A DNA stretch of 61,829 bases from an uncultured virus (IMG/VR IMGVR_UViG_3300032011_003340) (IMGVR_UViG_3300032011_003340); one strand, 5' to 3'. Positions 1-10,065 are shown, counted from the stretch's first letter. Numbers and translations: made by a program. The notes: generated by a model not told the origin, from the sequence alone.

Positions 1-526
1 TTTGTGCTACAACTTTACATTTATATGTTTCTTCATATTTATCATACATTTTATCATATTTAGATAAATAATAATAATCATTATTATCATTCTTTATATG
101 TACATTAAATACAAATCTTTTAAATGAACTATAATCATAGTATCTTGATTGAGAACATTCAGCATAAACCTTGTTTTCATCATAATTATAATTATATGTT
201 CCAATTGGAATTTCAAATCTTTTAGTAAAATTAATTGTATTACCTGACCAACTTGAAAAACTTAATGTATGTTCTTTCATTACTAAAATATCTGCTTCTT
301 TTGGGTTGAATACTTGTTTTATATCTTTATCTTTAAGATATTTTCTCAAAGGAAGTTTTTTTATTTTACAATTAGGAAAAATATAAATTTTATCATTTTG
401 TTTTAAGTCATCTGGTGATAATACATCTTTATTACCACCATATCTTATTTTTTTATCTTTTACCCGTTGTAAATTTATTGTTTTTAAATATTTAAGGTCT
501 TCAGTTTTTTTAATTACTACATTCAT
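1..526 (-). CDS. Hypothetical phage protein, truncated by the window edge
   Basis: ATG at 526 (MNVVIKKTEDLKYLK...), directly after the stop of 537..1448; frame appears open toward position 1. Confidence 0.6.
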   Translation of the reverse strand, partial: MNVVIKKTEDLKYLKTINLQRVKDKKIRYGGNKDVLSPDDLKQNDKIYIFPNCKIKKLPLRKYLKDKDIKQVFNPKEADILVMKEHTLSFSSWSGNTINFTKRFEIPIGTYNYNYDENKVYAECSQSRYYDYSSFKRFVFNVHIKNDNNDYYYLSKYDKMYDKYEETYKCKVVAQ

Positions 527-536
527 TTTATTTGTT

Positions 537-1448
537 TTATTCTATTAAATTAAATCCTAACTTAATTAAACCATGTTGTAAATCTTCAATATCTTCTGAT
601 TTAATTAATTCGTTAAATAATATTTCTGGTTTTTTTAATTTTATTGCTAATGCTTCTATAACTTCAAGATATAAATCATTATAAAAATTTTTATTTTCAA
701 TTTTATTTCCTGTTGATAATATTGCATTAACTGTTGATACTAAATCTGTATCATTATTTTTATCATTTTTTAATAATTGAGTTAAGTAGCCATTTATTGC
801 TCCCAAATAACCTGAATCATCATATACATAATTAGATAGCTCATCTGTTGCTAATTCTTCATCAGAAAAAGAGGAATCACGCTGTTTAATAATATTCATA
901 CATTTATGAGATTGAAAGTCATTTATTAAATCATTCATATGAGAAACATTATCATCAATCATAAGTATATTTTTATCTGTATTAAATAACAGTAAAAAGT
1001 CTCTAAAATAATGTGTTGTTCTATTATTAGATTCTATGCATACATTATCACTAAAGGTATATTGTCCAATTTGATTTAATGTTAATTTATCTGTATCAAA
1101 ATCTAAACTATAAGAATCATAACCTTCAACATCAATTTCTAATATATTTACTAATGTATCATTTAAAGTAACATAAAAACTATCTCTTGCTTCATTACGT
1201 AATGTAACATCTTCAATAACATTTAAATTTAATAAAGATGCGACTGTTTTAATTGTCATTAATTTACGCAATCTAAGACTATCAGGCTTTTTATCATAAT
1301 CTTCAATTTTTAATTGTATATAATACAGATCTTCATTTTCAAAATCAAATATATCAATTAAAGGTTTAGAATTAATATCTACTTTTTCAGAATTATGGTA
1401 TATTACACCATTATTATAAGTTATTTCACTTATTTTAATTTTACTCAT
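537..1448 (-). CDS. Hypothetical protein (303 aa)
   Basis: Long ORF in co-oriented run; no recognised motif. Confidence 0.7.
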   Translation of the reverse strand: MSKIKISEITYNNGVIYHNSEKVDINSKPLIDIFDFENEDLYYIQLKIEDYDKKPDSLRLRKLMTIKTVASLLNLNVIEDVTLRNEARDSFYVTLNDTLVNILEIDVEGYDSYSLDFDTDKLTLNQIGQYTFSDNVCIESNNRTTHYFRDFLLLFNTDKNILMIDDNVSHMNDLINDFQSHKCMNIIKQRDSSFSDEELATDELSNYVYDDSGYLGAINGYLTQLLKNDKNNDTDLVSTVNAILSTGNKIENKNFYNDLYLEVIEALAIKLKKPEILFNELIKSEDIEDLQHGLIKLGFNLIE

Positions 1449-1474
1449 GATAATTATATTTATTATTTAATAAT

Positions 1475-1744
1475 TTATTCAATAACGGCAGATAATCCTC
1501 TGTCTATAAGTCCATCTTTATAAGGTTTTAATTCTTTTAATGATCCTGATTTAACACCACATTTACCTTTAAAATGTATCAAGTGAGCACATTGTTCAGC
1601 TTGTTGTAGATCATGCTTTAAAAGGTCAATAAATGACCTTATAACCCAATCAAAACTATTATGATCATCATTATATACTACTATTGATTTGGTTAAATGT
1701 TTTTTAGTTTTATTTTTTAAATCAGGATTATTTAAATCATTCAT
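1475..1744 (-). CDS. clpS: ATP-dependent Clp protease adaptor ClpS (Bacteroidota type)
   Basis: VVYNDDHNSFDWVI...QAEQCAHLIHFKGKCGVKSG...RGLSAVIE matches ClpS signature motifs. Confidence 0.9.
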   Translation of the reverse strand: MNDLNNPDLKNKTKKHLTKSIVVYNDDHNSFDWVIRSFIDLLKHDLQQAEQCAHLIHFKGKCGVKSGSLKELKPYKDGLIDRGLSAVIE

Positions 1745-2066
1745 TTTTATTAATATTTTTATAAGGTGTATCTTTAGGAATTAAAATTATAACACCTATT
1801 GTTTCAAAATAATCTGGGTTGTTTAATAATGTCATTTCTTCTTTTATATATGAAATATGTAATACTTCATCTATTATATCTAAATCAATTTCGTACCTAT
1901 TGGAATTTATTAAATGTTCATTTATATCGTCTTCAATATTATTTTTAACAGATAATTTAACTATACATTCTTCATCATTTACTTTAGCTGTTATTAAATC
2001 ATCAACTCTAACATCAATAATAATTGATTTAAACAATGAGTTACTTATTTTTTTTACTTGTTGCAT
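1737..2066 (-). CDS. Hypothetical protein
   Basis: ORF overlapping neighbours in operon-like run. Confidence 0.55.
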   Translation of the reverse strand: MQQVKKISNSLFKSIIIDVRVDDLITAKVNDEECIVKLSVKNNIEDDINEHLINSNRYEIDLDIIDEVLHISYIKEEMTLLNNPDYFETIGVIILIPKDTPYKNINKNE

Positions 2067-2256
2067 TTTTAATTGAGTTTAATATTTGTTCATCTGTTTT
2101 TTGATGAGGATCTTCTATAAAAGCAGAGTTTTTAAATTCACTATATGCCCAATTTATTATATTTAAATTCCATAATGCCTGTCCAAATCTTATATCAGGA
2201 TTTTCTTCTAAATATTTTTGAATTGACATTAATATTTTAATATGTACTTGTTTCAT
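2041..2256 (-). CDS. Small phage protein (YLEENPDIRFGQAL motif)
   Basis: P-D-x-R-F-G-Q motif recurs in small phage proteins. Confidence 0.6.
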   Translation of the reverse strand: MKQVHIKILMSIQKYLEENPDIRFGQALWNLNIINWAYSEFKNSAFIEDPHQKTDEQILNSIKNATSKKNK

Positions 2257-2287
2257 AATTTATATAAATTTTTAAATAATTAAATTA

Positions 2288-2947
2288 CTAATCCTTGACA
2301 CAGCGGCACGAAAAGCCGTACGTCTTAGTGTTGTAGTTGCGGTACACCGTGGTGGACCATATTTCCAGGTAGCGATTCCAGGCGTTGCTACCTGAGTTCT
2401 CCGTAGAAGACCAAAAGTAAGCGTTGCTGCCCAGGTGGTAGAAGCTACCCGAGGTGTAGAGGCCAGCAGGGAACGCATTAAAGCCCGAAGCATTCGTACC
2501 ATTTCCACCACTATTCCAACCAGATATTGATTTCATTTGAACTCCATGATCTGTCCCTCGCCATGCCTGAAGAGCCGTATCCGCCGCAGGCATGCCCAAG
2601 GCCATTTCCAGTTCATTCCACTCAGAATCAGAAGGCAGATGCCAGCCATTCGGTGCTATTTTAATAGCAGCATTCCAATTATAAAGACGACCATAGCTAA
2701 TAGAAGAATTAACAGGATTTAATGAACCAGGCACATCATAGCGCAGATTCTCAGCCATCCAGGTCTGATTACCTATTTTTATTATTGAATATAAAGAATA
2801 ATCTCTTTTATCAAATAATACATTAGGATCAGAAATTATATTTTTAAATATATTTCCTAACTCTTTACAGTATTTTTTTCTTTTTTTAATATTTAAAGTT
2901 GGAAGAAAATTTTTAAGGTATAAAAATTGACTTTCTATTTGACTCAT
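2288..2947 (-). CDS. FISUMP (Fibrobacter succinogenes major paralogous) domain protein, C-type lectin-like fold
   Basis: IKIGNQTWMAENL, YGRLYNW, PNGWHLPSDSEW, GFNAFPAG, YFWSSTE, YGFSCRCVKD motifs. Confidence 0.9.
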   Translation of the reverse strand: MSQIESQFLYLKNFLPTLNIKKRKKYCKELGNIFKNIISDPNVLFDKRDYSLYSIIKIGNQTWMAENLRYDVPGSLNPVNSSISYGRLYNWNAAIKIAPNGWHLPSDSEWNELEMALGMPAADTALQAWRGTDHGVQMKSISGWNSGGNGTNASGFNAFPAGLYTSGSFYHLGSNAYFWSSTENSGSNAWNRYLEIWSTTVYRNYNTKTYGFSCRCVKD

Positions 2948-2950
2948 AAT

Positions 2951-3160
2951 TTATAATTTTTGTAAATTTAATAGAGATTTCACTCTTTTTTCTTCTAATG
3001 TTTCAGTATCTCCAATATTTGAATTACTTTGATTATAACAATAATCATAGCGAATTGATTCTAGTATTGATGATATTCGATCTATATCTCCAGATATACT
3101 TGCATTTGCAATTTTAAATAACAAGTTTCGAAGGATTTCTAATTCTAAGTCTTTATTCAT
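2951..3160 (-). CDS. Hypothetical protein
   Basis: Tightly packed ORF. Confidence 0.55.
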   Translation of the reverse strand: MNKDLELEILRNLLFKIANASISGDIDRISSILESIRYDYCYNQSNSNIGDTETLEEKRVKSLLNLQKL

Positions 3161-3162
3161 GT

Positions 3163-3462
3163 TTATTTTAATTTTGATTCATTATATTCTTCAAATATTA
3201 TTTTTGCTTGGGTGGTAAATGATTTACCATTTTTATAATAAGATTTCCATCTATCATTTGGATCTTCCCCTGCACCATTTAAAATAAAAGTAAATTCAGG
3301 ATATATTACACTATATTTTAACATATGATCATCACATTCATACCATTTACAATCACTCATAAATGGATTAAATGTTACAGTGTTTGATATTCCTTTGTGA
3401 TGATCAATAAATCCTAAATCATCATCAATTACGTGTAATCTATATTCTGTATAATATCCCAT
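3163..3462 (-). CDS. Conserved phage hypothetical protein
   Basis: MGYYT...KWYE...YPEFTFILNGAGED...W..YYKNGK pattern common in phages. Confidence 0.7.
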   Translation of the reverse strand: MGYYTEYRLHVIDDDLGFIDHHKGISNTVTFNPFMSDCKWYECDDHMLKYSVIYPEFTFILNGAGEDPNDRWKSYYKNGKSFTTQAKIIFEEYNESKLK

Positions 3463-3603
3463 TTTATTTTATTTCACTTTTATATATTTTTTTAATATTA
3501 CCATTAGGTAATTCAATAGTAACAATAAGCCAACCTAAATCTTTAATAATACATTTTTTATTATTATAGATTATAGATTGACCTATTGTTAAAGAATATT
3601 TAT

Positions 3604-3999
3604 TCATAGTCTTGTATAAATTACAACAAACTGTTTATGTTCTGAGTTTAGTTTTATTTCTACTAATTGAGATTCTTTCTCATCTACCCAAATAAAATTA
3701 GAAGTATATATAGCTCTATTATTTAAATATTTCATCGTTTCTGATAAATATCCTAACTCAAATAAATCCATTACGAGAATCGTTTCATCAATTTTATTAA
3801 ATACATATGTTGTTGCTGTACATAAATAGTTTCCAGTACATTGATATTCATTATATCTATACCCCATTGAAGTAGTATCATCAATATATCTTTGTCCTTG
3901 TCGAAGTTCATGAACCTCTTTTTTAGTTAACCCTAATCCCTGTGAGTACATACTAATACTAAACATTAGTATTAATAGTAATAATATTAAGTTTTTCAT
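3604..3999 (-). CDS. Putative secreted protein
   Basis: N-terminal signal peptide MKNLILLLLILMFSISMYSQ. Confidence 0.65.
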   Translation of the reverse strand: MKNLILLLLILMFSISMYSQGLGLTKKEVHELRQGQRYIDDTTSMGYRYNEYQCTGNYLCTATTYVFNKIDETILVMDLFELGYLSETMKYLNNRAIYTSNFIWVDEKESQLVEIKLNSEHKQFVVIYTRL

Positions 4000-4009
4000 T
4001 TTTTAAATT

Positions 4010-4330
4010 TTATAAATTTTCAAATATTTTTTCTTTCTTACTTTCACCTAAGTTTTTTATTTCCTGCCAAAAATCAAAACGTTCCAATATTTCTTTTAAA
4101 ACTGATAACTTTTTAATTTTTTTTGTTTCAACTATAGTCCCGTTTTGAAATATTTTTTCTACTGATACTTCATGTTTATGTATATCCCAACAAAATATAT
4201 GTGATTCATAGTCTTTTGATACTATGAAATAATCAAATCCTGTTTCTCCTTTCCATACGGAATCATCTACATCTTCTCTTTTAAAACCTAATTCCAATAA
4301 AGAATTATATGTGATTTTTTCAGTAATCAT
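4010..4330 (-). CDS. Hypothetical protein
   Basis: ORF with LLELGF motif typical of small Bacteroidota phage proteins. Confidence 0.6.
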   Translation of the reverse strand: MITEKITYNSLLELGFKREDVDDSVWKGETGFDYFIVSKDYESHIFCWDIHKHEVSVEKIFQNGTIVETKKIKKLSVLKEILERFDFWQEIKNLGESKKEKIFENL

Positions 4331-5228
4331 AATTTATTAAATGTTCTATTTGGTTATATAATTTGGATAAGTTTCTTTTTTTAAAATTCCTTCTCCAAGC
4401 GGAACCTCGCCATGTACAACCTTTCCATCTTTTAACATCAACATTACATGTTTCATATTTTTTATCTATAGAGTTTATACTTACACTAAAATCATATGCA
4501 TTATGTTTATTTCCAAATACTATAGGAAAAGAACCAATTTTTAATTTATCATAAAAATATCTCTTTTTTACTTTATTGTTATAATTAGGATAATTATAAT
4601 TATACTTATTAATTAATCCTTGTATCTTCTGTAAAAAATGTATTTTGTCAGTCAATTCATCTATTTCTTCTTTTTTTTCATTACAATATTCTACTAAAAA
4701 ATCAATGTTATGTAATGACAATAAAAATTCTTGCATGTCATTGTTTTTTTCTACATAGTCTTTAGCATTTGTAAATTTTACATCTGTTTCTAATCTATAT
4801 TCTCTAAATAATGGTGTAAAATCTTTATTGTCGTCATTATCAGAATGATATATCATATTTACTGATGTTTTTTTAAACTTAAAATATATAGTATTTTGTC
4901 CCCAACTGTATGATGTATCTAAAAACGTATTTTTATATTTATCCTTTAATAAACTTTTATAAAAATCTTTCGCTTCATCAGTTATATATAAATTTCTTAT
5001 TTTCCTTTCATAAAACTGTGATTGTTCTCTAATATAATGAGAAATATTATTTATATCAATATAATTTTTTTTATTTAATTCATGTTCAAAATAAATATCA
5101 ATATCATCAACTTTAATTTCCTTAATATTTTTCGATAATATATAACCTAAATCAAAATTAATTTGATCACATGAAAAAAGTAAATTTATAATTTTATATT
5201 TATCATTTTCCGGATTAATGTATTCCAT
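4320..5228 (-). CDS. Hypothetical protein (302 aa) with shared N-terminal helical motif
   Basis: Long ORF; N-terminus KIINLLFSCDQINFDLGYIL. Confidence 0.65.
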   Translation of the reverse strand: MEYINPENDKYKIINLLFSCDQINFDLGYILSKNIKEIKVDDIDIYFEHELNKKNYIDINNISHYIREQSQFYERKIRNLYITDEAKDFYKSLLKDKYKNTFLDTSYSWGQNTIYFKFKKTSVNMIYHSDNDDNKDFTPLFREYRLETDVKFTNAKDYVEKNNDMQEFLLSLHNIDFLVEYCNEKKEEIDELTDKIHFLQKIQGLINKYNYNYPNYNNKVKKRYFYDKLKIGSFPIVFGNKHNAYDFSVSINSIDKKYETCNVDVKRWKGCTWRGSAWRRNFKKRNLSKLYNQIEHLINYDY

Positions 5229-5994
5229 TTTTAATTTTTTTAATTCGATTTTTAATGTTTAATGTTTCAATACCATTGAGAAGTTTTTGACTATAACATT
5301 TACTTCCTTTATAGCAACTAGTAGCATATATTTGTCCTCCATTTTTTACATACTTAGCTGATTCAGTTAAAGTAAGTCCACCACATAATGCTTTAAGCCA
5401 CTTATTAAGATTAGGTGTACCTTTAATACGTTTTCTATATTTACGCATTAATAGCTTAGTATATGCTCGCATGCTCCACCATTGTGATTTATATTTAGTA
5501 AACTTATCTGTCGGGCTATCGTCCGCGGCAATCATAAATTTACTTTTATCTTTACCTCTATATTTAACACCATAAATATTATTTGCTTCACATGCTAATT
5601 TACTTAATCCGTAATTAGATTCAAGTACAGCTTGTATTACAATTAACTCAGGTGCTATTTCAGGATAAACTTTTGTTTCTTCAACAGCAGCGCGACACAT
5701 ATGGTCTACAAACTCTTCAATATGTGTTTGCTTCCATACTTTAAATCTTATTTTTAACATTCTTTTTTCATGCTCAGGTATTTTTAAGTCTTTAATATGC
5801 CTACCATGAAATTCTTTTCTTGTAAGCCAATATCTATCTGTTGGTAATCCTAATAAGTTATATGTTGTTTTATTAACTTTATCATATCTTCCTGCATAAG
5901 TTTTACTTTCAAACTTTGTATTCGTATTTGTAAAAGCCATAATAAATATGGCTAATACAAATAGAATAATTTTATTTATTGTTTTCATTTTCAT
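5215..5994 (-). CDS. GH73/FlgJ-like glucosaminidase (peptidoglycan hydrolase) with N-terminal signal or TM segment
   Basis: IQAVLESNYGLSKLACEANNIYGVK...FTKYKS...YAT...YSQKL motifs. Confidence 0.85.
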   Translation of the reverse strand: MKMKTINKIILFVLAIFIMAFTNTNTKFESKTYAGRYDKVNKTTYNLLGLPTDRYWLTRKEFHGRHIKDLKIPEHEKRMLKIRFKVWKQTHIEEFVDHMCRAAVEETKVYPEIAPELIVIQAVLESNYGLSKLACEANNIYGVKYRGKDKSKFMIAADDSPTDKFTKYKSQWWSMRAYTKLLMRKYRKRIKGTPNLNKWLKALCGGLTLTESAKYVKNGGQIYATSCYKGSKCYSQKLLNGIETLNIKNRIKKIKNGIH

Positions 5995-6244
5995 TATAAT
6001 TTAATATTTCAGTAAATATTTGAGACATTCCTTCAATTAACATACTTTGTGCTAATTCTTTAATAGATTCAGGAATTGTTATAGGAATAACTTCTTTTAT
6101 CCATTCATTTTCAACACTTACTCGTGCTAATTCATCAATAGTCATTCCTTTTTCTAATGCTAATCCAATTCCAATCTTAATATCAAGATCGTCTCTAGTT
6201 TGAATTAATTTTTTTATTCTTTCTAAATCTTTTTCTTTTATCAT
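5972..6244 (-). CDS. Hypothetical protein with shared N-terminal helical motif
   Basis: ERIKKLIQTRDDLDIKIGIGLA. Confidence 0.6.
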   Translation of the reverse strand: MIKEKDLERIKKLIQTRDDLDIKIGIGLALEKGMTIDELARVSVENEWIKEVIPITIPESIKELAQSMLIEGMSQIFTEILNYNENENNK

Positions 6245-6765
6245 TTTAAATTATTATCATTGATTATAAAAAATGTTTCATTATTACTTGATTCATGCTT
6301 TAAGCCATATGCATAGCCTCCTTTATTTTCCAATGATAATACTTCAAGTCTATCATTTTCATTAAAAGGATGTTTCTTACTTTCTGAATTAACATATACA
6401 ATGGAACCAATATTATATCTCCAACTATTAGCAGAAGGTTTCTCTTCGGTTACTTCAATTATTTCAGTTATATATGTTTCTAATTCATCGGTGTTTTCTT
6501 TTACTCTTTTTTTATTTAATCTTATTTTTCTTAATTCAAAATAAGATTTAACAGCAAAAGTTTTACCTTTTTTACTTAATGTGTCAAAAAATAACTTAAA
6601 ATTCTCTTGATATTCTGATAATTCAGAATTAAGTTCTTCAATTTCCTTATCTCTGGAGGAATTATAAGTTTCTTTATTGTTTTGTAAGTTTTTATAGTTA
6701 GATAATGTTTTTTCCATTTCTAAATACTGCTCAAAGTCTAATATTCCAAAATTTACATTTTTCAT
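6241..6765 (-). CDS. Hypothetical coiled-coil protein
   Basis: 174 aa ORF overlapping the next gene by 4 nt. Confidence 0.6.
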   Translation of the reverse strand: MKNVNFGILDFEQYLEMEKTLSNYKNLQNNKETYNSSRDKEIEELNSELSEYQENFKLFFDTLSKKGKTFAVKSYFELRKIRLNKKRVKENTDELETYITEIIEVTEEKPSANSWRYNIGSIVYVNSESKKHPFNENDRLEVLSLENKGGYAYGLKHESSNNETFFIINDNNLK

Positions 6766-7072
6766 AATTAAGTTTTTTAATTTTTAGTTATCAATTACAT
6801 TACTTATCTTTATTTACTTTATAGATATGCGTTTGCTCGTCTCCGGGATCTGATATTATAACATTGTCTTTCATAATTTATATCGTTTTATAGTTAATAA
6901 TGTTCTTACTTCTTTTTCAGTTAGATTGTTATAAACCTTTTTCAGAATAGCTCTAAAACCTGTTGGTTCATGTGTATATGAACCTGTTTTTACTTTACCG
7001 TAACATCTGTAAAGAGATGTATCAAGTAAGGTTAATTCATCAATTAATTTTTCTTTCATAATTTTTAATTTT

Positions 7073-7129
7073 ATACCCTTTTGGGTATGATTTACATTAA
7101 TTAATTATAATTATACCTTAACGGGTATA
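7073..7129. repeat. Pair of short related palindromes
   Basis: ATACCC-TTTT-GGGTAT (7073-7088) and TATACC-TTAACG-GGTATA (7112-7129). Confidence 0.6.
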
Positions 7130-7242
7130 TTTCATATTTTATTGGTTTAAAATCATCTGTATTTGAACTTTTTACTTTCAAAATTAAAAATGCAATTAAA
7201 GTAAAAATAAATACAAATATTAAATCTTTTTTTATTTTATTT

Positions 7243-7782
7243 TCATTTTTCATGGTTATTATTTTGCGTAAGTAAAATATGTTTTACTTTATCAATATAC
7301 AATTTGCACTTACCACATTGTTTAGTGTTTTTTTGAATGGTAGGGTTTTTACAAAGACATTCGTTTTTATTATACCATTTAATAAATTCTACTATTGCTT
7401 CATATAAACCTCTTTGTTTTCCATGTGTTTTAAAATCAAATTGTTTTATTATATGATGTTTATACATTGTATGCCTCCAAGTATTTTTATTTACTTTACC
7501 TGCTATAAATTGTAAATGTAATTGATAATCTTGATTTGGAGAAAAGTATATTTCAACATTATTTCTTGAAAATTTTACTGTACTATATAATTTTTTACCC
7601 ATAATAGAATAAGAACCAAGTTCTTCAATAAAATCTACTACAGACATTAACCAATCATAAGAGCTGTCATATTCTAATTCCTCGACTTTACATTCTTGTA
7701 ACATTGGAAAATAAACAATGTTATCACGAATAATATTACCCCTAAACTCTGCTATTAACTTATTGTTTTCTATATTATCCAT
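7243..7782 (-). CDS. Conserved Bacteroidota phage protein
   Basis: NNKLIAEF...YDSSYDWLMSVVDFIE...YEAIVEFIKWYN motifs. Confidence 0.7.
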   Translation of the reverse strand: MDNIENNKLIAEFRGNIIRDNIVYFPMLQECKVEELEYDSSYDWLMSVVDFIEELGSYSIMGKKLYSTVKFSRNNVEIYFSPNQDYQLHLQFIAGKVNKNTWRHTMYKHHIIKQFDFKTHGKQRGLYEAIVEFIKWYNKNECLCKNPTIQKNTKQCGKCKLYIDKVKHILLTQNNNHEK

Positions 7783-8359
7783 CCTTTATATTTTTATATT
7801 TAATAATTTCAAGACATTCTGTTGCTTTGTCTAAAATCTGTTCAGTTTTAATTACTGTTTCCTCCGGACGGGGATTTTTAAGTAGGATTTTAGATTTACT
7901 TACTATGCTACTTAATTGTTTTATCAATAATGCATACTCATAATTTGTTAGCACTAATTTTTTCTGTTCTGTTTTCATCTTCATTTCTTTAGTTTTAACA
8001 ATTTCAATTAATTTTCTAAGACAAGCTAACTCTGCTTCTTCATAAACGGTGTAATCATCTGATTCAAATAGTGGTTCATTTACATTTAACACAAAAAACT
8101 CAAATGACTCAATATTTTCCTGTTTAGTTGTAAGATTAACTTCACTAAATAGTGAATATTTCTCTCTAAACCATCTAAACGCTTGTTGGTATAGTGGTGC
8201 GTGGCACAATTCAATAATATTATCATATATTACTTCCTTGAGTTCTATATATTCTTGCCCTCTTATTTCAACAATGTGATAGCTTTTTAAACATTCTTCA
8301 TCAAACCCTAACTCTTTCATAGCTAATGCTATATCATATGACACAAATTCTTTACTCAT
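7775..8359 (-). CDS. Conserved Bacteroidota phage protein
   Basis: EFVSYDIALAMKELGFDE...APLYQQAFRWFREKY...YEEAELACLRKLIEI motifs. Confidence 0.7.
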   Translation of the reverse strand: MSKEFVSYDIALAMKELGFDEECLKSYHIVEIRGQEYIELKEVIYDNIIELCHAPLYQQAFRWFREKYSLFSEVNLTTKQENIESFEFFVLNVNEPLFESDDYTVYEEAELACLRKLIEIVKTKEMKMKTEQKKLVLTNYEYALLIKQLSSIVSKSKILLKNPRPEETVIKTEQILDKATECLEIIKYKNIKDG

Positions 8360-8658
8360 CTTTGTTTTGATTTATCGTTTTTATATTCATAAAGAAACCC
8401 ACCTAAAATGATTACAGGGAATATAGAAATAGGATTAATCCCCAATATTATTAAAAATAACATACTAATTAATCCTCCAATCATAATTCCAAATCCTATT
8501 ATATTAATTTCACTCATCTTCTTTTAGTTTTGATTCTCTTTTCATTTCTAAAGCTTGTATTTTATCGGTTAGTTTATACAACTGTTCCTTTGTGAGAACA
8601 TAATCCCCATCCTGATTTACATATTTGTAATCCCTTATAATTTCTAAATCTTCTCTTT

Positions 8659-8865
8659 TCATAATGATTTAATTTTTGTATACCCTCTTTTAATATCTGT
8701 ATCTATCCAAAACCATTTTTTTGAGGGTATTATAACAATGGTTTTTCTTCTTTCGGGATATGCACAAGTTCCTGCTCTTTTTGAATAACCTAAAGACAAT
8801 AGCAGTTTTTCAAGGGAGTCATCTTTGTCCACTACAATCTTAGCTGTTTGGTTTTCCATCTTCAT
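8659..8865 (-). CDS. Hypothetical protein
   Basis: Small co-oriented ORF. Confidence 0.5.
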   Translation of the reverse strand: MKMENQTAKIVVDKDDSLEKLLLSLGYSKRAGTCAYPERRKTIVIIPSKKWFWIDTDIKRGYTKIKSL

Positions 8866-9023
8866 TTAGTTTTAGTTAATTAATACTTTTCTTGCTCTTT
8901 GTTATAGTCAATTTGAATTTTTTTACATTCATCCATTGTACCTATAAATAAATTTTTGTCTGTATCTAAATCTCTAACAAAATATAATCCTCTGCTTATA
9001 TCCCATTCATTTATTATCATAAT

Positions 9024-9227
9024 TTAGTTTTCATAGATGACCTCATCTACGTGGTGAATTGAATTTACAGGAACTGCTGAACGCAGGTTCCCATCTTGAT
9101 AAACTTTTATAAATTCATACCTACCCAGGATAACAATGAAGGTGCTGTACTCTTTATTGAGTATCCATTCACCAGAAATTCCTTTAGATGTAAATCCTCT
9201 TTCTTTTAATTCTTCTACTTTTACCAT
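9024..9227 (-). CDS. Hypothetical protein
   Basis: Small co-oriented ORF. Confidence 0.5.
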   Translation of the reverse strand: MVKVEELKERGFTSKGISGEWILNKEYSTFIVILGRYEFIKVYQDGNLRSAVPVNSIHHVDEVIYEN

Positions 9228-9411
9228 TTATACATTTTTTAAAAGCAAGGAGGCTCCTTAGTCAAAAACAATATCTGTTAAAATATGTAATTACCCCCTT
9301 GCTGTATTATTTAAATCATAACAGTTGCTAAAAACAACTCCTTTTAGTCGCAGATGTTTAGCTTAGTGTTGTATGCAATTAAAAAAGACATACAACAAGG
9401 TGTATAGGTAA

Positions 9412-9546
9412 TTATTGCCCTTGCTTCAGCTCTTTATTTAAAAGTTTCCATATTTCACCAGCTTCTGAGCTATCCATGTTTAACCATCTATAAGGAGATT
9501 CATTTGTAATCTTTAATATTTCTTCTACTAATTTTGATAATTCCAT
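9412..9546 (-). CDS. 44-aa ORF embedded inside attC-like unit 2
   Basis: Hand translation MELSKLVEEILKITNESPYRWLNMDSSEAGEIWKLLNKELKQGQ*; stop lies in the repeat arm. Confidence 0.6.
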   Translation of the reverse strand: MELSKLVEEILKITNESPYRWLNMDSSEAGEIWKLLNKELKQGQ

Positions 9547-9640
9547 AATTCATTTATTTTAAATCGGGCAAAAACTACCCATACACAATGCGTTAGAGTG
9601 CATTAAAACTCACAATAACAAAGTGCATAAATAATAATGC

Positions 9641-9829
9641 TTAATGTATCGGTTCATTAGGTAAAGCCATCCACCAAGTTTCGTTTTCATCACAATGTTT
9701 TACCATGTGCGTAGCAAATATACTTGTTGAAAAGCCTTTTTGTCCTTCGTTAAGTATTCTATAAACAAGTATCTTTTCTCCATCAATATCAACAGATGGC
9801 TTTCTGTCTTTTAATTTAATCCATTTCAT
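9641..9829 (-). CDS. DUF551-like small protein embedded inside attC-like unit 3
   Basis: MKWIKLKDRKP...WWMALPNEP is the DUF551-type pattern. Confidence 0.7.
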   Translation of the reverse strand: MKWIKLKDRKPSVDIDGEKILVYRILNEGQKGFSTSIFATHMVKHCDENETWWMALPNEPIH

Positions 9830-9930
9830 AATTTAAAGTTTTGTGTTTCAAAATCGCATTACTATTCATGCACCAAACGTTATGATGCAATTAAAAAAGC
9901 ACATAACAACGTATAACAAAAATACGTTCA

Positions 9931-10065
9931 CTAACTTTGGTACACTACTTTTATATCTATACTACCATCAGACCAAGTGTATTTATAGGTTCTTTCAACT
10001 CTGTTTCTCCACTCATTAAACTTGGTACTTATCAACTCTCTTTTGTAACCACTTTTCTCTTTCAT
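9931..10065 (-). CDS. 44-aa ORF embedded inside attC-like unit 4
   Basis: Hand translation MKEKSGYKRELISTKFNEWRNRVERTYKYTWSDGSIDIKVVYQS*. Confidence 0.55.
   Translation of the reverse strand: MKEKSGYKRELISTKFNEWRNRVERTYKYTWSDGSIDIKVVYQS

Noticed and set aside
2272..2722. Alternative ORFs 2272..2511 (-) and 2537..2722 (+)
   Set aside because: Shadow frames of the GC-rich FISUMP domain.
2288..2947. Complete DGR
   Set aside because: No template repeat or reverse transcriptase visible in the window; kept only as a possible target.
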